From NCBI GenBank assembly GCA_965279375.1, contig OZ257156.1:3264001-3328000 (forward strand): a stretch of DNA of 64,000 nucleotides, read 5' to 3'. Origin of the DNA: Gemmatimonas sp. (GTDB lineage Bacteria > Gemmatimonadota > Gemmatimonadetes > Gemmatimonadales > Gemmatimonadaceae). The position numbers were made by a program, and so were the translations under genes. This document shows positions 60,620 through 64,000 of this stretch, in pieces; position 1 is the stretch's first letter, and each line of letters begins with the position of its first letter. Below the pieces are notes generated by a model. It saw only the letters and a list, made by a program, of their open reading frames with translations, did no database searches and was not told the DNA's origin.

Positions 60620-61234
60620 ATGCTCTCGCCTTCGAAGATCGTCTGCATCGGGAAGAACTACCGTGAACACGCCCGCGAGATGGGAGGCGAGGTCCCAAAG
60701 GAGCCGCTGTTCTTTCTCAAGGCGCCGTCCTCGATGATTGCGGCCGGTGAGGCGATCGAATTGCCCTCCGGTTCCAGGCACGTGGAGTTCGAAGGCGAGA
60801 TCGCGGTGATCCTGGGATCTCGTTTGCGCCGCGCCTCCGCCGACGAGGCGCGTGCTGCCGTCACCCACGTGGTCGCGCTGAACGACGTGACCGCGCGCGA
60901 TTGGCAGAAGGGCGATGGGCAGTGGACGCGCGCCAAGGGGATGGACACCTTCTGCCCGATCGGTGACCCTGTCCCTGCGCCGGCCGACCTCGATGCCATC
61001 GAATTGGTGACGCGGGTGAATGGCGTCGTCTGCCAGCAGGCGACAGGCGCCGACATGGTCTTCTCCGTGCCGATAGCGCTGGCCTACATTTCCCAGTACC
61101 TCACGCTGGAACCGGGTGACATCATCGCCACGGGCACGCCGGCCGGCACACGCGCCATCAAGCCGGGCGATGTGGTCGAGGTGGAGCTGGTCGGACTCAG
61201 CTCTGTGTCCAACCCGGTTGTGGCTGGCCGCTGA
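60620..61234 (+). CDS. Fumarylacetoacetate hydrolase family protein
   Basis: 'KIVCIGKNYREHA', 'FFLKAPSS', 'EFEGEIAV', 'NDVTARD', 'TLEPGDIIATGTP'. Confidence 0.93.
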   Translation: MLSPSKIVCIGKNYREHAREMGGEVPKEPLFFLKAPSSMIAAGEAIELPSGSRHVEFEGEIAVILGSRLRRASADEARAAVTHVVALNDVTARDWQKGDGQWTRAKGMDTFCPIGDPVPAPADLDAIELVTRVNGVVCQQATGADMVFSVPIALAYISQYLTLEPGDIIATGTPAGTRAIKPGDVVEVELVGLSSVSNPVVAGR

Positions 61235-61357
61235 TCGCCATCCGCATTCTCGACATGCACACCGCGCTGCTCCGTCGTCGGTTCGTTTCGCCGTCCATCC
61301 CACCGGATTTCCGCATGCGTCGGCACTCTGCATTGAACGTCGGGTAGCAGCAGCCAC

Positions 61358-62398
61358 ATGGCCGTGCTCCCTCCCCCCTCCGACGATACGTCGGCCTCCG
61401 GGCCAACGGACGAGACTCGTACCAGCGAGCCTCGCTCGGGCCGTCGGAAACGGGGCGCGGTCAGCGATCGGGCGCGATTGGGTGGGGCCAATGGCCGCGA
61501 GAAGCGTTCGGCCAAGGCGCTCTCGGTATCCATCGGACTGCACGCGATCGCCGCTGTGGTGTTGGTACAGCTGCTCACGTTCGGGCACGGCCTCTCCGGA
61601 TTTCTCGGGCTCGACAAGGAGAAGGACGCTCGCGAGGAGCGAATCACCTTCGTGTCGCCGCGTCAGCCGAAGCCGCCCGAGGTCGCGCCCAAGTCCAAGC
61701 CAGCGGTGGAGCAGCCGACGACGGACCAGCCGCGTCTTCGTCCGCCCACCACGGGACCTGTGCTCGGCACGCCGGCCGACGCACCGTCCGCAGAGCCCGC
61801 ACCGACGCGTGCGGACACGGGAAGTGGCTTGGCCGCCGGAGCGGAGCCCGTTGGCGCGCTCGACCCGAACCTGCGCGGCGTGAAGCCGGGCTACAACGAC
61901 GTGCGGGTCTGGCGCGGCGCCGGTGGCGGCGGAGCTGGAGCGGCACCGGGACGCAACGGCGCCGAGCGCCTCGACAGCATCATCGGGTATGCGATTGGGG
62001 CCGCGGCGGACTCGCTCGACTCACTCGCCCGCGCGCAGGGGCGCACCGGCCGCAAGCCGGGTGACTGGACCAAGACGGGCCCGGACGGCCAGAAGTGGGG
62101 CTGGGACGGCACGGGTATTCGCCTGGGCAAGGTCACCATCCCCAACGCGCTGCTCGGTCTGTTGCCGCTCAACGCGCAGAGGGGGATGTCGGGCAACTTC
62201 ACCGAGATTCAGCGCGACAAGCGTCTCGCCCTAGCCCGCGAGGACATCATGCGCAACGCCGACCGCGCGCTTGGTGAAGCGGAGTTCCGCAAGCTGGTGG
62301 GCGAACTGCGCGACCGTCGGGAACGCGAACGCCGAGATCGCCTTCGCGCGCCGGACGCCTCGATCGCGCCCGCCAAACCCAACGGTCGCAACGACTGA
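61358..62398 (+). CDS. Hypothetical membrane-anchored Pro-rich protein (TonB/TolA-like N-terminus)
   Basis: Single TM with SxxxH ('SIGLH'), Pro-rich linker, unknown C-terminal domain; followed by a terminator. Start uncertain. Confidence 0.65.
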   Translation: MAVLPPPSDDTSASGPTDETRTSEPRSGRRKRGAVSDRARLGGANGREKRSAKALSVSIGLHAIAAVVLVQLLTFGHGLSGFLGLDKEKDAREERITFVSPRQPKPPEVAPKSKPAVEQPTTDQPRLRPPTTGPVLGTPADAPSAEPAPTRADTGSGLAAGAEPVGALDPNLRGVKPGYNDVRVWRGAGGGGAGAAPGRNGAERLDSIIGYAIGAAADSLDSLARAQGRTGRKPGDWTKTGPDGQKWGWDGTGIRLGKVTIPNALLGLLPLNAQRGMSGNFTEIQRDKRLALAREDIMRNADRALGEAEFRKLVGELRDRRERERRDRLRAPDASIAPAKPNGRND

Positions 62399-62417
62399 CC
62401 TGCTGCGATCAACGCTG

Positions 62418-62451
62418 AACGACTCGGCCTCAACGCCGAGTCGTTTTGTTT
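62418..62451. terminator. Rho-independent terminator between convergent genes
   Basis: AACGACTCGGC-ctcaac-GCCGAGTCGTT followed by TTGTTT. Confidence 0.85.
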
Positions 62452-62452
62452 G

Positions 62453-63916
62453 TCAGGCCGTCGCGTCCTGCGCGAGGTATTTCACGGCCGCATCCACACG
62501 GTGCAGGGACCGCTCGCGACCGAGGTACAGCAGCACGTCGAAGATACCCGGGCTCACCGTGAGCCCCGTGAGCGCCACGCGAAGCGGCTGAAAGATCTTG
62601 CCGCCTGAGATGCCCAACTCCTCGGCCAGTTTGCGCAGCGCATCTTCCATCACCTGCGGCTCCCACGTGGGCAGCTCCGCCAACCGTGCACCGGTGGCAG
62701 TCAGCACCTTGGCCGTGGCCGCCACGTCGCGCCATTGCTTGGTCACGGCGTCGGCGTCGTACTCCACGTCGTCACGGAAGAAGTGCGACGCCAGCGCGAC
62801 GATTTCATCCGTTGAGCGTGCGCGCACGCGCAACAGGTCGAGCAAGCCGAAGTACCAGTCCTTGCGTGCGTGCAGATCGGCAGCCGTGGCCAGCCCCGCG
62901 CGCTCGAAGAGCGGCGTCATGAAGGGCTCGAGCGCCTCGAGCGAAATCATCGCCAGATGCTGACCGTTCATCCACTCGAGCTTCTTCGTGTCGAACACAG
63001 CGGCCTTCTTCTGCAGCCCTGCCGTGTCGAAGCGCTGGACGAGCTGCGCCATCGTCATCACTTCCGTGTCGTCGCCCGTGGACCAACCGAGCAGCGCGAG
63101 GAAGTTGAGCATCGCGGTGGGGAGAAGCCCCTTGTACTGGTAGTCGCCTACTGCAGTCGCGCCGTGACGCTTGGAGAGCTTCTTCCCGTCGTCGCCCAGA
63201 ATCATGGGCACGTGCGCGAACTGCGGCAGCTCCGCCTCCAAGGCGCGATAGAGCAGCACCTGCTTGGGGGTGTTGGAGATGTGATCGTCACCGCGCATCA
63301 CCAGCGTAATGCCCATCGCGATGTCATCGGAGACGACAGCCATGTTGTAGACCGGCGTCGCGTCCGAGCGGAGGACGACGAAATCCTCGATGTCCTTGTT
63401 GGGGAACGCGATGCGCTCGTGCACGAGATCGTACCACTCGGTCACGCCGTCGGGCACCTTAAAACGAATGGCGAATGGCTCGCCGCGGGCCAGCTTCTCC
63501 GCCTCCTGCTCGGGCGTCAGCAGCGCGATGCGGCGATCGAAGCGGAACGTCAGTCCGCGCGACTCGGCGTCGTTGCGCAGCCGCTCCAGCTCCGACTGCG
63601 GCGTGAAGTCGCGATAGGCCCAGCCGTTGGCGAGTAGTCGCTGTGCATCGACGCGATGGCGCTCGAGGTTGGAGCCCTGGTAAACGACCTCTTCATCCCA
63701 ACTCAGGCCGAGCCACTCGAGCCCTTCGAAGATGGCGCGGGTGCTTTCGTCCGTGCTGCGGGCGCGATCGGTGTCCTCGATCCGCAGCAAAAAGTCACCG
63801 TCGAACTTGCGCGCATAAAGCCAGTTGAACAGCGCGGTTCGGGCACCACCCACGTGCAGAAAGCCCGTGGGAGACGGAGCAAAGCGCACACGTGGGCGCT
63901 TGGGCACAGACGACAT
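62453..63916 (-). CDS. gltX: Glutamate--tRNA ligase
   Basis: 'RVRFAPSPTGFLHVGGART', 'LRIEDTD', 'RGDDHISNTPKQ', KMSKS-type 'KLSKRHG', anticodon domain 'PLRVALTG...SPG'. Confidence 0.97.
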   Translation of the reverse strand: MSSVPKRPRVRFAPSPTGFLHVGGARTALFNWLYARKFDGDFLLRIEDTDRARSTDESTRAIFEGLEWLGLSWDEEVVYQGSNLERHRVDAQRLLANGWAYRDFTPQSELERLRNDAESRGLTFRFDRRIALLTPEQEAEKLARGEPFAIRFKVPDGVTEWYDLVHERIAFPNKDIEDFVVLRSDATPVYNMAVVSDDIAMGITLVMRGDDHISNTPKQVLLYRALEAELPQFAHVPMILGDDGKKLSKRHGATAVGDYQYKGLLPTAMLNFLALLGWSTGDDTEVMTMAQLVQRFDTAGLQKKAAVFDTKKLEWMNGQHLAMISLEALEPFMTPLFERAGLATAADLHARKDWYFGLLDLLRVRARSTDEIVALASHFFRDDVEYDADAVTKQWRDVAATAKVLTATGARLAELPTWEPQVMEDALRKLAEELGISGGKIFQPLRVALTGLTVSPGIFDVLLYLGRERSLHRVDAAVKYLAQDATA

Positions 63917-64000
63917 ATGACGAAACCGGACCGGAAGGTCGGGGGAAACGATCACGATTGGAGTCGCGGGCCGCATCCGATGCGATGAGACATTCGCGAC

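Overview
A GC-rich bacterial chromosome segment, most likely from Gemmatimonadota (Gemmatimonas-like). That assignment is an inference from the combination of high GC, SusC/SusD pairs, a PEP-CTERM protein and the gene content. About 45 protein-coding genes are supportable. Housekeeping genes are gltB, msrB, tgt, ispE, pdxJ, mce, trxA, rsmI and gltX. There are two SusC/SusD uptake loci flanked by peptidase, esterase and PPIase genes rather than CAZymes. Also present: a multidomain surface endonuclease followed by a PEP-CTERM protein, a membrane LuxR regulator divergent from a DUF2231-like protein, and a P2A-type ATPase. Two largely uncharacterised operons stand out. (i) 30068-37051 encodes SPFH/zinc-ribbon, AdoMet decarboxylase, two DUF4178-like proteins, a small membrane peptide, DUF350, a membrane-fused aminopropyltransferase and a Tat-type flavin oxidoreductase; it is the best candidate for an undescribed membrane polyamine/aminopropylation system. 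(ii) 50228-61234 encodes DUF4159, a DUF4175-like coiled-coil protein, a TPR protein, a secreted GATase-like protein, a JAB(RadC-like)-DinG helicase fusion and an FAH protein. I saw no rRNA, tRNA, CRISPR array, transposase or prophage gene. Domain names come from motif recognition by eye, not database searches, and start codons were adjusted by RBS and overlap logic.
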